Below are positions 17,693-27,375 of a stretch of 64,000 nucleotides of DNA, in pieces. The stretch's first letter is position 1; every line of letters starts with the position of its first letter. The translations under genes were made by a program, and so were the position numbers. The notes beneath the pieces were generated by a model. That model ran no database searches. It was not told the origin of the DNA and saw only the letters and a list, made by a program, of their open reading frames with translations. The stretch is from an uncultured archaeon (GTDB lineage Archaea; Iainarchaeota; Iainarchaeia; JAADDC01). Where the stretch lies: contig CAZAKL010000002.1 of the NCBI GenBank assembly GCA_964486025.1, positions 2,312 through 66,311 of the forward strand, written 5' to 3'.

Positions 17693-18562
17693 GTGGAGTC
17701 CTTTTACGCCGTGTACCCGTTTCTCCCTTCTGCTGCAAGGAGGGCGGAACGTCTTGGTATAGACCCCACTGCCCTCGACGACGCTACCCTCTCGTCTGCG
17801 TCCGACCGTTTCCGACAGATTCTCCTGAAGCACTTTGACCTTCCCGTCTTAGATGAGCGGACGGAGCTTCTGCACTTCATTCTTTTCCGCATGTTTGCGT
17901 CAGCGTTGGGGAGCGACTACTATTATGAGCTGCTCGGGAAGTTCTATGCGGAGAGGGCGCGGCGTTACGACCCCGTGGAATTCTTTGTGGAGCTGGGAAT
18001 AGACCCCTCTGCGATTCCGCTTCCTGAGTATATGAAATACAGCCACATCTACCCGGAAACGAAGCTCTACTACGTTGATGTTGAAAGGGGTATTGTGCAT
18101 CTTGACGACGAGCGTGCACGGCTGTTCGCCGGCGATATCGCGTATACATTGTCCATACGGGGGCTCCCCCTCGACCCGTCGAAGATACCGAAGGCGTACG
18201 TGGACTATGCACGGCGGGCAGTGCCTGTTCGCCGTTCATCTTCTCCAAAGACAGCGAAGGGCTACTCGTTCATAGAGTCCATCCTTTCCACCTCTGGCAT
18301 TCCTGACGGAAGGAAACGCATCATTTTCTACTGGTTAGCGCCGTATCTCGTAAACATAAAGGGTCTGACACCTGAAGAGGCAGTCTCCGTCCTTAACGAG
18401 TGGCTCTCTCGGCAGGGAGGTGGCAAAATACCTCCATCGTGGGTGAAGGATGAAGCGCTCCTTGCGAAGAGGAAGGGTATACGGCCGTGGGGCCTGAAGA
18501 AGGTGGAATCCACCGACCCGGGTCTCGTCAAGATGCTCCGTGGCATGGGGGTGCTTGAATGA
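17693..18562 (+). CDS. priL: primase non-catalytic subunit: PriL-like N-domain with PriX-like C-domain, no cysteines
   Basis: N-terminal YPFL and KLYYVDVERGIVHL (PriL-like); GIPDGRKRIIFYWLAPYLVNIKG (PriX-like); coupled to priS. Confidence 0.75.
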   Translation: MESFYAVYPFLPSAARRAERLGIDPTALDDATLSSASDRFRQILLKHFDLPVLDERTELLHFILFRMFASALGSDYYYELLGKFYAERARRYDPVEFFVELGIDPSAIPLPEYMKYSHIYPETKLYYVDVERGIVHLDDERARLFAGDIAYTLSIRGLPLDPSKIPKAYVDYARRAVPVRRSSSPKTAKGYSFIESILSTSGIPDGRKRIIFYWLAPYLVNIKGLTPEEAVSVLNEWLSRQGGGKIPPSWVKDEALLAKRKGIRPWGLKKVESTDPGLVKMLRGMGVLE

Positions 18563-19809
18563 GTGAGCAAATCGCGAGGATACTCAGGGACGCGTTTCGC
18601 CGATATTACAGGTCTCACGACGTTCCGCCGCCCCCGGCTCTGGAGCAGAGGGAGTTTGGCGTCGGTGACTATGGCAGGAAGATTGTGAGGCGGCACATGG
18701 CCTTTGTATCGCGTCGCGAGTTCCGTAACTACCTCAGAGAGGAGGCCCCCCTCTACATTTCGTACTCCGTGGGATACTTTGAGCGCCCCGATGCCACGCC
18801 CATGGAGGCGAAGGGCCTTCTCGGTGCGGATATGATATTCGAGTTCGATGCGGACGAGCTCGGGCTGTTCTCACCAAACGATGTATGGGTCTGCCCCCAC
18901 TGCGGTGCAAAGGGCCTCGTCTCCGAGCTTAGGGGATTCAAAGTGGGGATATGCCCCAAGTGTGGCGACCCTGCAAAGGTTATCATGTTTCCCGACCCTG
19001 AGAGGGAAGAGAAACTGAAGGAAGAGGTCGATACCCTTGTAAAGGATTTCCTAATGAACGATTTCGGCATATCTTCCAAGGAGATATCTATAAACTTCTC
19101 GGGGAACAGGGGATACCATATACATGTCCGCTCCCCTGCGCTGCGAGAGCTGGACAAGGAAGCGCGCATAGAGATTGTCGAGTACGTCACGGGCCAGAAC
19201 ATAGACGTTCGCTACTTCTTCGATGTGTCTAGGGTTCCCCCGCGGGGTCCAAAGCCCACGGACCCCGCATGGAAGGGCAGAATTGCCCGGAACATCATAG
19301 AGATTATTTCGAGGGTGAGCGACGCGTCCGAGCTTGTGCGCATGGGCGTACATCCCGGTGTCGCACGCAGGATTGCACGTGACAGGGGGCAAATCGTCGA
19401 GATGATAGAGAACGGGGTGTGGCCATTCATCGATACGAAGGGTGATGACGCCTTTGCCTCCCTCTCCGCCCTTGTGAAGACGCTGTCGCCATTCATGGGC
19501 AAGGAAATAGATACGAATACGTCTGTGGATATTCACCGCCTCATACGTGTTCCCGACTCTATACACGGAAGCACAGGGCTTCTTGCCAAGAGTATAACTA
19601 ATCTGAAGGCCTTCGACCCGTATAGAGACGCGGTGGCGCTTCCCGAGCGCCCGTACCTGTCTCTGCACGTGGACTATGCACCCGAATTCGAGTTTGCCGG
19701 CGAGACCTGGGGACCGTTTCAGGATATAAATGTGGAGTTACCTCTTCATGTTAGTATATTCCTTTTGAGCAAGGGGGTCGCGCATTGGAGATTAACTACT
19801 CGAGGTTGA
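18559..19809 (+). CDS. priS: DNA primase catalytic subunit PriS
   Basis: QREFG, RHMAF, IFEFDAD, FSGNRGYHIHV, IDTNTSVDIHRLIRVPDSIHGSTG. Confidence 0.92.
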   Translation: MSEQIARILRDAFRRYYRSHDVPPPPALEQREFGVGDYGRKIVRRHMAFVSRREFRNYLREEAPLYISYSVGYFERPDATPMEAKGLLGADMIFEFDADELGLFSPNDVWVCPHCGAKGLVSELRGFKVGICPKCGDPAKVIMFPDPEREEKLKEEVDTLVKDFLMNDFGISSKEISINFSGNRGYHIHVRSPALRELDKEARIEIVEYVTGQNIDVRYFFDVSRVPPRGPKPTDPAWKGRIARNIIEIISRVSDASELVRMGVHPGVARRIARDRGQIVEMIENGVWPFIDTKGDDAFASLSALVKTLSPFMGKEIDTNTSVDIHRLIRVPDSIHGSTGLLAKSITNLKAFDPYRDAVALPERPYLSLHVDYAPEFEFAGETWGPFQDINVELPLHVSIFLLSKGVAHWRLTTRG

Positions 19810-20402
19810 GGAACCTTTACCGGCTGGAGAAGCAATCTCATACGCGTCTAACGCGCGTGGAACCCGATTTCTACAGCCTTCTGAAGAAGTATATAGACGA
19901 GGAGAAGAAGGAAGTGGAGCGTGCCTGGCGTGAGCAGGATATACAGCGTCTCGTGCTCTTCGCGAACCTTGTCAAGCTCGTGAACGACATCATATCAATC
20001 CGCCAGCGCAAAATCGTAACGCTCGCCCTTGCCAGCATGTTTGACGAGGCATGGGAGCCGGAGAACATCGTGGGCTGGGAGAAGGACCTTTACCGGGACG
20101 TTGTCGAGACAGTTCGGCGTTACAGGGAGCGGGCCCTTGTGGACGTCGGGCTGAAGGAGGGTGCAGAGCCGCCCGTGGAGAAGGTGACAGAGAGCAGGCA
20201 GTTAGAAGAGAAGCGTTTAAAGACCGTTCGGGTTAAAATCTTAAAAGCGGTCCCGGAGTTTGTAGGTACGGACTTCAAAACATACGGTCCGTACGCTGCA
20301 GGGGAGACCGCGGAGCTGCCAGAAGAGATTGCTAACATCCTGCTGGTCAGGAACTTCGCAGAGGTGATTCAAGATGAAGAGGATTCCAATGCCGAGGTCT
20401 AG
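19785..20402 (+). CDS. GINS subunit (Gins15/51 type)
   Basis: Helical A domain ([16 protein letters not shown]) followed by B domain [24 protein letters not shown]; follows priS. Confidence 0.85.
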   Translation: MEINYSRLRNLYRLEKQSHTRLTRVEPDFYSLLKKYIDEEKKEVERAWREQDIQRLVLFANLVKLVNDIISIRQRKIVTLALASMFDEAWEPENIVGWEKDLYRDVVETVRRYRERALVDVGLKEGAEPPVEKVTESRQLEEKRLKTVRVKILKAVPEFVGTDFKTYGPYAAGETAELPEEIANILLVRNFAEVIQDEEDSNAEV

Positions 20403-20559
20403 GTTCCTCGTGGTTAAGTGCCCCAACTGCGGGAACGAGCAGATTGTTTTCAACAAGGCTGCCATGCATGTAAAGTGCCTCACCTGTGGCGAAACGATTG
20501 CGATTCCCACGGGTGGTAAGGCAAAAATACTAGGAAAAGTGGTGGAGACGTTAACATGA
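20374..20559 (+). CDS. rps27e: 30S ribosomal protein S27e
   Basis: [31 protein letters not shown]. Confidence 0.95.
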   Translation: MKRIPMPRSRFLVVKCPNCGNEQIVFNKAAMHVKCLTCGETIAIPTGGKAKILGKVVETLT

Positions 20560-21344
20560 GCGCGGAAGGACCCAACGCCGGGGATTACGTCATAGTAGTC
20601 ATAAAGGACATTGTGCCCTACGGGGTGTTCGTTGAGCTCCCAGAGTACCCCGGGTACCGCGGATTCATCCACATATCGGAGATTTCCAACTCATGGGTTA
20701 AGAACATCCGCCACCACGTCAAGGAGGGCCAGATGCGAGTAGCAAAGGTTCTCAACGTTTCCCACCATAAGAAGATGTGTGATTTATCCCTCAAGCGTGT
20801 TTCCGGCGCCATTGAGAAGAGAAAGCTCGATGAGCTTCGCAGGAAGAAGAGGGGCCGTGGTTTGCTTCGTGCGGCGGCGAAGATGGCTGCGCGCCCCGAG
20901 TCTGAAATTCCAGATATAGAAAAGAAGCTTGCAGACGTCTTCGGGGATGCCCTGACCGCCTTTGAGGAGGTCGTTTTCACGGGCAAGCATGTTCTGGACG
21001 ACGTTGACCTCCCTGCTGACTGGAAGGCTGCAATTATCGCTGTTGCCCAGAAGAGCATTGAGATACCGAGGAAGACGGTGCGGGCGAACGTGAACATCCG
21101 TGTTCCCGGTCCGTTCGGTGCAAGAATCATCAGGGAAGCACTTCTCCGTGCGAAGGAGAGGATTCTTGGCCAGGAGCATGCAGAGGCAAAGATATACTAC
21201 GTTGGCGCCCCCACCTACGCAATAGAGGTTACTACGACGGACTATAAGAGTGCGGAGAAGCTTCTCGCGTCTGTCTGCGAAGATTTGCAAGAGTTTGTCC
21301 GGAAGCACGGTGGCGAGGCATCTTGGGAGCGTGTTGAGGCATGA
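20556..21344 (+). CDS. eif2a: translation initiation factor aIF2 alpha
   Basis: S1 domain [36 protein letters not shown]. Confidence 0.93.
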   Translation: MSAEGPNAGDYVIVVIKDIVPYGVFVELPEYPGYRGFIHISEISNSWVKNIRHHVKEGQMRVAKVLNVSHHKKMCDLSLKRVSGAIEKRKLDELRRKKRGRGLLRAAAKMAARPESEIPDIEKKLADVFGDALTAFEEVVFTGKHVLDDVDLPADWKAAIIAVAQKSIEIPRKTVRANVNIRVPGPFGARIIREALLRAKERILGQEHAEAKIYYVGAPTYAIEVTTTDYKSAEKLLASVCEDLQEFVRKHGGEASWERVEA

Positions 21345-21508
21345 GACTGCGTCTGCGCAAATGCCCCAAGTGTGGAAGGTATACCCTCAAAGATGTATGC
21401 CCTGTGTGCGGGGAAAGAACAGTTTCTGCCCATCCTCCCCGTTTTTCCCCAGAGGACAGATGGGGCGAGTACCGTCGAAGGGCAAAGCTCCAGTGGGGCC
21501 TGATTTAA
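21341..21508 (+). CDS. nop10: H/ACA RNP protein Nop10
   Basis: Manual translation [55 protein letters not shown]; conserved position after aIF2a. Not in the ORF track. Confidence 0.93.
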   Translation: MRLRLRKCPKCGRYTLKDVCPVCGERTVSAHPPRFSPEDRWGEYRRRAKLQWGLI

Positions 21509-21533
21509 ACGAACAAGTATCCTCTATTTCTGT

Positions 21534-22283
21534 ATGCGTGCAATCTTCCACGACGAGGAAAAAAGGGCGAGGTATCTCGTAACTGGCCTGCCGGGAATAG
21601 GCAGGGTTGGCCACGTCGCCGCCGCCTACATCATTAACAAGGCAAATCCGGTGCTCGTTGCAGATATATTCTCTGAGTACTTCCCTCAGCAGGTCGTTAT
21701 AGAGGAGAACGGCGTTCTCCGACTCATTAGGAATCAATTATACTATGTGGATGCGAAAGACCCCTTCTTTCTTCTGACAGGTGATTCGCAGCCCGTTGGC
21801 TCATCCCCTGCCGAGTTCTACGAGTACGCCGCCGAGATTTTGAACCTTGCAAGGCAGCTGGGCGTCGAGGAGATATATACGCTTGCAGGCATAGACCGCG
21901 GTGCCCAGCGGCTGAGCGAGAAGCCCGGGGTTGTCGTTGCGGGTACTGATGAGGAGATTGTCAAGCGTTTCGTCGAGCTGGGCGCGAAGGTGGACAAGGG
22001 AGGAGCAATCACGGGGCTGGCAGGTATGCTTCTTGGCCTCGGCAAGCTGGAGGGATTCCGCGGCGCCTGTCTCATGGGCGAGACATCCGCGCAACTCACG
22101 ATGCACGGAGACCCAGGAGCTGCCCTTGCAGTAACGAGGATGATTCTTTCGTATCTGGGGAACGAATTAGACCTTTCGGATTTGGAGAACGCGGCGCAGG
22201 GCTTTGAGGCGCTCCTGCAGAAGATGCTCGCTCCTCCAAAGGAAGAGCCCAAGCCTCCCGAGCCCACGGACTACATACGTTAA
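21534..22283 (+). CDS. proteasome assembly chaperone PAC2 family
   Basis: GLPGIGRVG, LTGDSQP, GAITGLAG, ACLMGET, DPGAA, C-terminal YIR. Confidence 0.88.
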   Translation: MRAIFHDEEKRARYLVTGLPGIGRVGHVAAAYIINKANPVLVADIFSEYFPQQVVIEENGVLRLIRNQLYYVDAKDPFFLLTGDSQPVGSSPAEFYEYAAEILNLARQLGVEEIYTLAGIDRGAQRLSEKPGVVVAGTDEEIVKRFVELGAKVDKGGAITGLAGMLLGLGKLEGFRGACLMGETSAQLTMHGDPGAALAVTRMILSYLGNELDLSDLENAAQGFEALLQKMLAPPKEEPKPPEPTDYIR

Positions 22284-22307
22284 ACCCTTTTTCTTCCATT
22301 TTCTCCC

Positions 22308-22781
22308 ATGGCGTTCCAGCAACCGAAGATATATACTCTTGTTTACGTAATTCGAGATGAAAAAATCCTCCTTATACGCAAGAAAAGGGGTTTTGGGGAG
22401 GGATACTTTAACGGCGCTGGCGGAAAGGTCCACGACGACGAAACGCTTGAGGAGGCGGCGGTCCGCGAGTTCAGGGAGGAACTCTGTGCCGCTCCGGGTC
22501 CGCTCGAGTGGCGCGGCGCACTGGAATTCTACAACAACGACCGCCTGGAGATGGTAGTCCACGTCTTTGTCACGGATTCCTACGAGGGCGAGCTCTGTGA
22601 GAGCGACGAGGCGGAGCCCCATTGGTTCGATTTGGATGGCATCCCCTACGATAATATGTGGGCGGATGACCGGCACTGGTTCCCCCTTCTCCTGGCTGGT
22701 GAGCTGTTCTACGGGCGTTTCTGGTTCAGGAACTGGGAAAAGGTAGAGAACTACTGCGTATATAAACTGCGAAGAACATAA
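22308..22781 (+). CDS. Nudix hydrolase, MTH1-like 8-oxo-dGTP/oxidized purine triphosphatase
   Basis: KKRGFG..NGAGGKV..ETLEEAAVREFREE Nudix box; MWADD. Confidence 0.88.
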   Translation: MAFQQPKIYTLVYVIRDEKILLIRKKRGFGEGYFNGAGGKVHDDETLEEAAVREFREELCAAPGPLEWRGALEFYNNDRLEMVVHVFVTDSYEGELCESDEAEPHWFDLDGIPYDNMWADDRHWFPLLLAGELFYGRFWFRNWEKVENYCVYKLRRT

Positions 22782-22787
22782 TTAATT

Positions 22788-25625
22788 GTGGGGCGGGGGC
22801 TGGCGGTCAGTCTGGCGCAGCTTCTTCTTTTTGGTGCAGCCATTATATACCTTTATTCCTGCCATCTTGGAAATCTCGTCACCTTTGACGTGCCGCCATG
22901 CTCTTCCGTCTCTTCATGCACGAAGGCCACCGGTGTTATGGATACGGCTCCTTGGTACGCAAACCTTGTCGGTCGTTCTTGGTACTACTCTAACCGCGCC
23001 CTGAAGCTCTACGATGCTGCCAAGGACATATGTGAGGGCGAGTTTAACGTCAGCGCGGTCCCCGAGCTCGTTTCCTCTGCAACTTCCAAGACTGCACCCG
23101 ATGCGGCGAATGCCCTCCACTACGCCAACGAGTCTGTTTCCAAACTCGTGGGCAAAGCGGGGGCGATAGCTGACGAGATGTATCGCGGTGGCGTAACGTA
23201 CGTTCCCTATGCGGACCTTCGCTCTGTGTACTCGACCGCCGTCGACGCTGTGCGTGCCTACGAGGGCAATACGCCTTCTACTGCTCTTGGCGTGGCGATT
23301 TCCCGGTACAAGGATACGCATCCTGCGATTCGCACAGTCTTTACCGCGGCAGGTGTGGAGGTTCCCCGTGTTCTGGTATATGTGGGGAAATTTGGCAGGG
23401 TTATCGCCCCCAATCTCTCCCGGGAGATACTTGCAGGAGTGTCTACAGTGTTTCAGGGAATATTCAGTAAGCTGGACCCAGGGGATGTCGTGAATTCCGC
23501 CGTGGGCACGCGCGATTCGGTGTATTCAGAGGCTGTTCGCTTTTTAGATGAGTATTATGCTGTCGTGAACGGGTATGACAGGTCTGCGCAGGGCATTCTT
23601 GAAGATGCGCGAAGGACGTACGATGCTGTCGTAAAACTGTCCTCCGATGTTGAGTATCGTTCATCGCAGCTATCCCCCGAAATGCTTTCCTTTTTCTCAT
23701 CTGACCGTGGCCTCGAAGTTTCTGTTGCGGATGAGCCGTCTTCCCTGCCCGCTGATGCCCGCATACGTGCGGCAAAACTGAAGAAATTCATAGAGGGGAA
23801 CGTTTATGCGTACATTCGCAGGGAGAACAACTACCTAGTTGCGTACTGGCGTGCGGAAAGAGCTTTCAAAGAATTGGCGAAGGTAAAGGGCGACCTCGAG
23901 CGGTACTCGAATGAAATCTCAGCCCTTGCTGAGTCCTGCTACAAAACCGTGTCGAAATACCGTCCCCGTTCCGGATACTTGAAATCCGTTCTCCCCGGCT
24001 ACGCTGCAGCGCTGAAGGAAAACCCTGATTTTTCCCTCTGTGTTCAGGCACTTCAGTTGATGGCCCTCGATGCAAACTATGCGCGCGACGAGGCAATCCT
24101 TGCTTCCTGCGAGTCCGCCGTTTCCTGTGGCTCTGTGCTTCCCGAGGACTATCCCTGCGTTGGTGGCGAAATTGGGGACCGTATCGACTGCTGTCTCCGT
24201 TACCGTGAGAGAAAGCACTCGGAAATACTTTCATCCGAGCTTTATTCTCAGTATTTGCAGCTGAGGAGGTCTGTGGAAGCGTTGTTATCAATATACGACG
24301 ACCCATCTCTCCGCTCGGAGCATCTTGCCAACCCGGTAGACTTTATCTGCGATTCAGACCTTGCAAAGGCCATTTCCCGGGAAACCAAAATTTATCTGAA
24401 ACTGCGCAAGGCTGCAGAGGGCATGGTAAAGCCGGAGGTCCTTGTTGACGGATATCTTAACGCTAAAACGGTTTCCTCTGTAAGGGTTCGTTTTCTCCTG
24501 GACGCCGGCGGTGCTGACCTCCTTGTGAATTACGACCTGCCCTTCCAGGTGCTTGCGTATCGCGTCGTCGAGTCTAACGGGCTGTGGATATCAATATCTG
24601 CCAATGGAAGGACGGCAAGTCTGAGGGGAAGCGGCTCTGTTCTCATCGATGCAGAAGTTATGCCCGTGGAGCTTGAGGTTGAAGAGTGGGGCGCATCCAT
24701 GGGTCACAAGTACCTAAGGGTCAGGAACAGACTTCCCATCCCTGTCAAGTATCCATTTAGCGGGGATGTTGTTTCCGCGAGCGATAATGTTTCGTACGAC
24801 GGGAAATACGTGTATTTTGATGGTGTGGGGGAAGTGCTCCTTGCAGTGCCCGCCGTGGAGGTGAACTATGTCATTCATGGTGATACTGCCACAGTCTCTA
24901 TTCGCAACGCTTCCGAGTACGAGTATAAGGGAGAAGTGGTTATCCCGTTATCTGGAAGGAAGCTTCCACGTGGTTGCAAGCCTCTCGGGGACGTTAGTGT
25001 TTGCTCTGTCAACTTAGACCCTTTCTCTGAGGACGTGATTGAGATTGAGGGGGTGTCTTCGGATTTAAACTTTGCCTTTGAGGAATCTGTAAGTTCATTT
25101 TCCACCGTAAGCGAATTTGGCAGTTCAAAACTCTACGAAACTGCTGTTTTGTCCGACACGTCGGGGACAGTTAATGACATGCGCGATAAGATATTTCGGC
25201 GGCTTGAAGAACTGCAGAAACTGTTTGAGCGGGCGGAGGAGCTCAATGTGGTGAACCTTCTTCCGTATTCTTCTGAATTCCTTGACAGTATGAACTCGAG
25301 GATATCGGAGACGAACGACTCCGTCGTTTTGGCGGTGTACGAGTCCGTCCTTAACAGTATTTATAACGACGTTGTCTCACGCGCCCGTGCACTTGTGTTC
25401 TCCGTGCCGCCGGATACGGATGTGCGTGCCCTTGCAGAGCGTGCCCTGAATTCCGGTGACTATATGTTGGCCATGGCACTTGCAGCCTCTTACCATCCCA
25501 AGCGGGCTCCCGGCACATCTGTTCCCTACGCATCGCTGGCTCTTGGCGTCCTGTCGCTCGGCCTTCTCGTTTATTACCTGCGCACACAGAAACCGAAAAA
25601 GCGCCGCCGGATTCCAAAAATATAA
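22788..25625 (+). CDS. large (945 aa) membrane-anchored surface protein of unknown function
   Basis: N-terminal hydrophobic signal/anchor, Cys-rich helical middle, beta-rich Ig-like region, C-terminal TM plus basic tail KPKKRRR. Confidence 0.7.
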   Translation: MGRGLAVSLAQLLLFGAAIIYLYSCHLGNLVTFDVPPCSSVSSCTKATGVMDTAPWYANLVGRSWYYSNRALKLYDAAKDICEGEFNVSAVPELVSSATSKTAPDAANALHYANESVSKLVGKAGAIADEMYRGGVTYVPYADLRSVYSTAVDAVRAYEGNTPSTALGVAISRYKDTHPAIRTVFTAAGVEVPRVLVYVGKFGRVIAPNLSREILAGVSTVFQGIFSKLDPGDVVNSAVGTRDSVYSEAVRFLDEYYAVVNGYDRSAQGILEDARRTYDAVVKLSSDVEYRSSQLSPEMLSFFSSDRGLEVSVADEPSSLPADARIRAAKLKKFIEGNVYAYIRRENNYLVAYWRAERAFKELAKVKGDLERYSNEISALAESCYKTVSKYRPRSGYLKSVLPGYAAALKENPDFSLCVQALQLMALDANYARDEAILASCESAVSCGSVLPEDYPCVGGEIGDRIDCCLRYRERKHSEILSSELYSQYLQLRRSVEALLSIYDDPSLRSEHLANPVDFICDSDLAKAISRETKIYLKLRKAAEGMVKPEVLVDGYLNAKTVSSVRVRFLLDAGGADLLVNYDLPFQVLAYRVVESNGLWISISANGRTASLRGSGSVLIDAEVMPVELEVEEWGASMGHKYLRVRNRLPIPVKYPFSGDVVSASDNVSYDGKYVYFDGVGEVLLAVPAVEVNYVIHGDTATVSIRNASEYEYKGEVVIPLSGRKLPRGCKPLGDVSVCSVNLDPFSEDVIEIEGVSSDLNFAFEESVSSFSTVSEFGSSKLYETAVLSDTSGTVNDMRDKIFRRLEELQKLFERAEELNVVNLLPYSSEFLDSMNSRISETNDSVVLAVYESVLNSIYNDVVSRARALVFSVPPDTDVRALAERALNSGDYMLAMALAASYHPKRAPGTSVPYASLALGVLSLGLLVYYLRTQKPKKRRRIPKI

Positions 25626-25643
25626 GAATGGGGGAAACAACCC

Positions 25644-25856
25644 TCAACCGAGGAGCTGCTTTGCAGCGAGCTTGACGTCCTCTGCCTGCACACCCTTCCT
25701 GCCGGAGTGGTGCGCAATCTCGACTGCGAGGCCTGCAACCTCAAGGGCGACTTCCTCGAGGATTTCGCGAAGGGCCTCCTTAGCCTCTGCAGAGACGCGC
25801 TGAGCGCCCGCTTTCCTCATAATTCTCTCAATCTGTGCAAGCTTCAACTCTGCCAT
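25644..25856 (-). CDS. archaeal histone (HMf family, variant)
   Basis: RIMRKAGAQRVS..AHHSGRKGVQAEDVKLA; GGAGGTG RBS before ATG 25856. Confidence 0.92.
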   Translation of the reverse strand: MAELKLAQIERIMRKAGAQRVSAEAKEALREILEEVALEVAGLAVEIAHHSGRKGVQAEDVKLAAKQLLG

Positions 25857-25886
25857 CGGGATCCACCTCCTTTTTGGTCGCAAATA

Positions 25887-26846
25887 TTACGCTTTACTGG
25901 TTTTTAATCTTTTCTCTGATACCGTGATGCCAATAATTCCCAGCAGCGTCAAAATCAGCGCATAATAGACGGGCTCGTCTCCAATTTCCTTGAACGGTAC
26001 TTTTTGTATTTTTACGGCGATTACGCAATTTTGCACTTGGCTTGCCCCCTTGCTCTCCAACAAATGGCTATCTCTCGGCAACAGTTCTTTGCCCATACTC
26101 TCTGTTGGCAGGTATCCAATGTTAAATGCTTCGATTTTGCCATCTCTTGATATACATGCAAGTGGCACGTTTTTCTCTGCTCTGAACGTTGTGCTGTCTG
26201 TACATGCAATGCTCTGTCCGTACTTGTCGGAATATTCGAAACAGAGCTTTGGGAAGAGCACTTTTGTATCTTCCTTTGCCGTGAGCATGGTTATGTTATA
26301 TTCGACGGTTTTACCTGCCGGCACCCGGAGCTTCTTCAGCGGGTCGCGGGGCGCGGCATTGTAGGGGTTTTTCAGGATAAGAATTCCTTCGGCGTCTGCT
26401 GTTCCGGCGTTCCTGAGCGTAATCTGCACCGTTGTGTACCCCCCCACCTTCCACACATCGGGGGATATGCGGTTGAGCTCTATGACTGGGACGCGGTCGC
26501 AGGCGATGAACGAGCCCCCGTCGATTTCTGCCCTTTCATCTCCCTCCAGTTTCGACAGCGTTATTTTCAGTAATCCCTCTCTGTTCAGCAGGACACGGTA
26601 CCGTCCCGGACGCTTCGTTTTGAGGACGATTTCATTGTTATCTATCACCACGAGCTGTCCAGAAACCAGTTTAACGGAGAAGAAAGGGGTGCAGTTGCCT
26701 TCAAACTGGTATGGTATTTCCCACGTCCCGCTTTTCTTTACTGGGCCGACAACCGCATCGATGCCCATGTCTGCAAGTGTCTGCACCTCTGCATTTGCGA
26801 GACCGATTAGAAGGAGCATGAGGAGCAGGGTGGTTGTGGAACGCAT
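25887..26846 (-). CDS. secreted/surface protein with Ig-like domain and C-terminal TM
   Basis: Signal peptide (LANA-E), VQITLRNAGT Ig-like motif, C-terminal hydrophobic helix. Confidence 0.65.
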   Translation of the reverse strand: MRSTTTLLLMLLLIGLANAEVQTLADMGIDAVVGPVKKSGTWEIPYQFEGNCTPFFSVKLVSGQLVVIDNNEIVLKTKRPGRYRVLLNREGLLKITLSKLEGDERAEIDGGSFIACDRVPVIELNRISPDVWKVGGYTTVQITLRNAGTADAEGILILKNPYNAAPRDPLKKLRVPAGKTVEYNITMLTAKEDTKVLFPKLCFEYSDKYGQSIACTDSTTFRAEKNVPLACISRDGKIEAFNIGYLPTESMGKELLPRDSHLLESKGASQVQNCVIAVKIQKVPFKEIGDEPVYYALILTLLGIIGITVSEKRLKTSKA

Positions 26847-26862
26847 GAAAGAATATGGGGTT

Positions 26863-27375
26863 TCACTCTATATATCCCTTTCTGAGCCAGTCTTCGAGGA
26901 TTGGGGACCAGTCCACGTGGTCATATATGTCGATACCCCTCTCCAACGCTTTAATAATTCTCTGGGCGGTTTCTTCGGGTGTCTTTCCCGTGGTATCTAC
27001 CTGCCACACGTCATCATATCTCTCTTCTGCCTTCGTCAGGCAGTAGTCAACGAACTCGGCCATGAGATTCTCCCTTACCTTCTTCTCGGGGTAGTTTCTC
27101 GACTCGAGACGCTTCCTTAGCTCGTCTGGGTGTGTTCTGAGCACGATGACGAGGTCTACAGGTATCTTTACCTCGCAGAAAAGATGTCCCTCCAGTATGA
27201 CATCTTCCATGTCCTTTGTTGCCCACATGGCCTTCAGGCGAAGCTTTCTCGTGTCCACGTACTCTTCCTTAACGAGGTCCTTCACGGTTATGACGGGATA
27301 ATTGAGCTTTTCGGACAGTATTTTTGCAACGCTCGTCTTTCCCGTGCCTGGAACACCCGTCAGTATTATTCTCAT
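26863..27375 (-). CDS. atypical adenylate kinase AK6/Fap7 family
   Basis: GVPGTGKT, ILEGH, RLESRNY..KVRENL.AE. Confidence 0.9.
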   Translation of the reverse strand: MRIILTGVPGTGKTSVAKILSEKLNYPVITVKDLVKEEYVDTRKLRLKAMWATKDMEDVILEGHLFCEVKIPVDLVIVLRTHPDELRKRLESRNYPEKKVRENLMAEFVDYCLTKAEERYDDVWQVDTTGKTPEETAQRIIKALERGIDIYDHVDWSPILEDWLRKGYIE

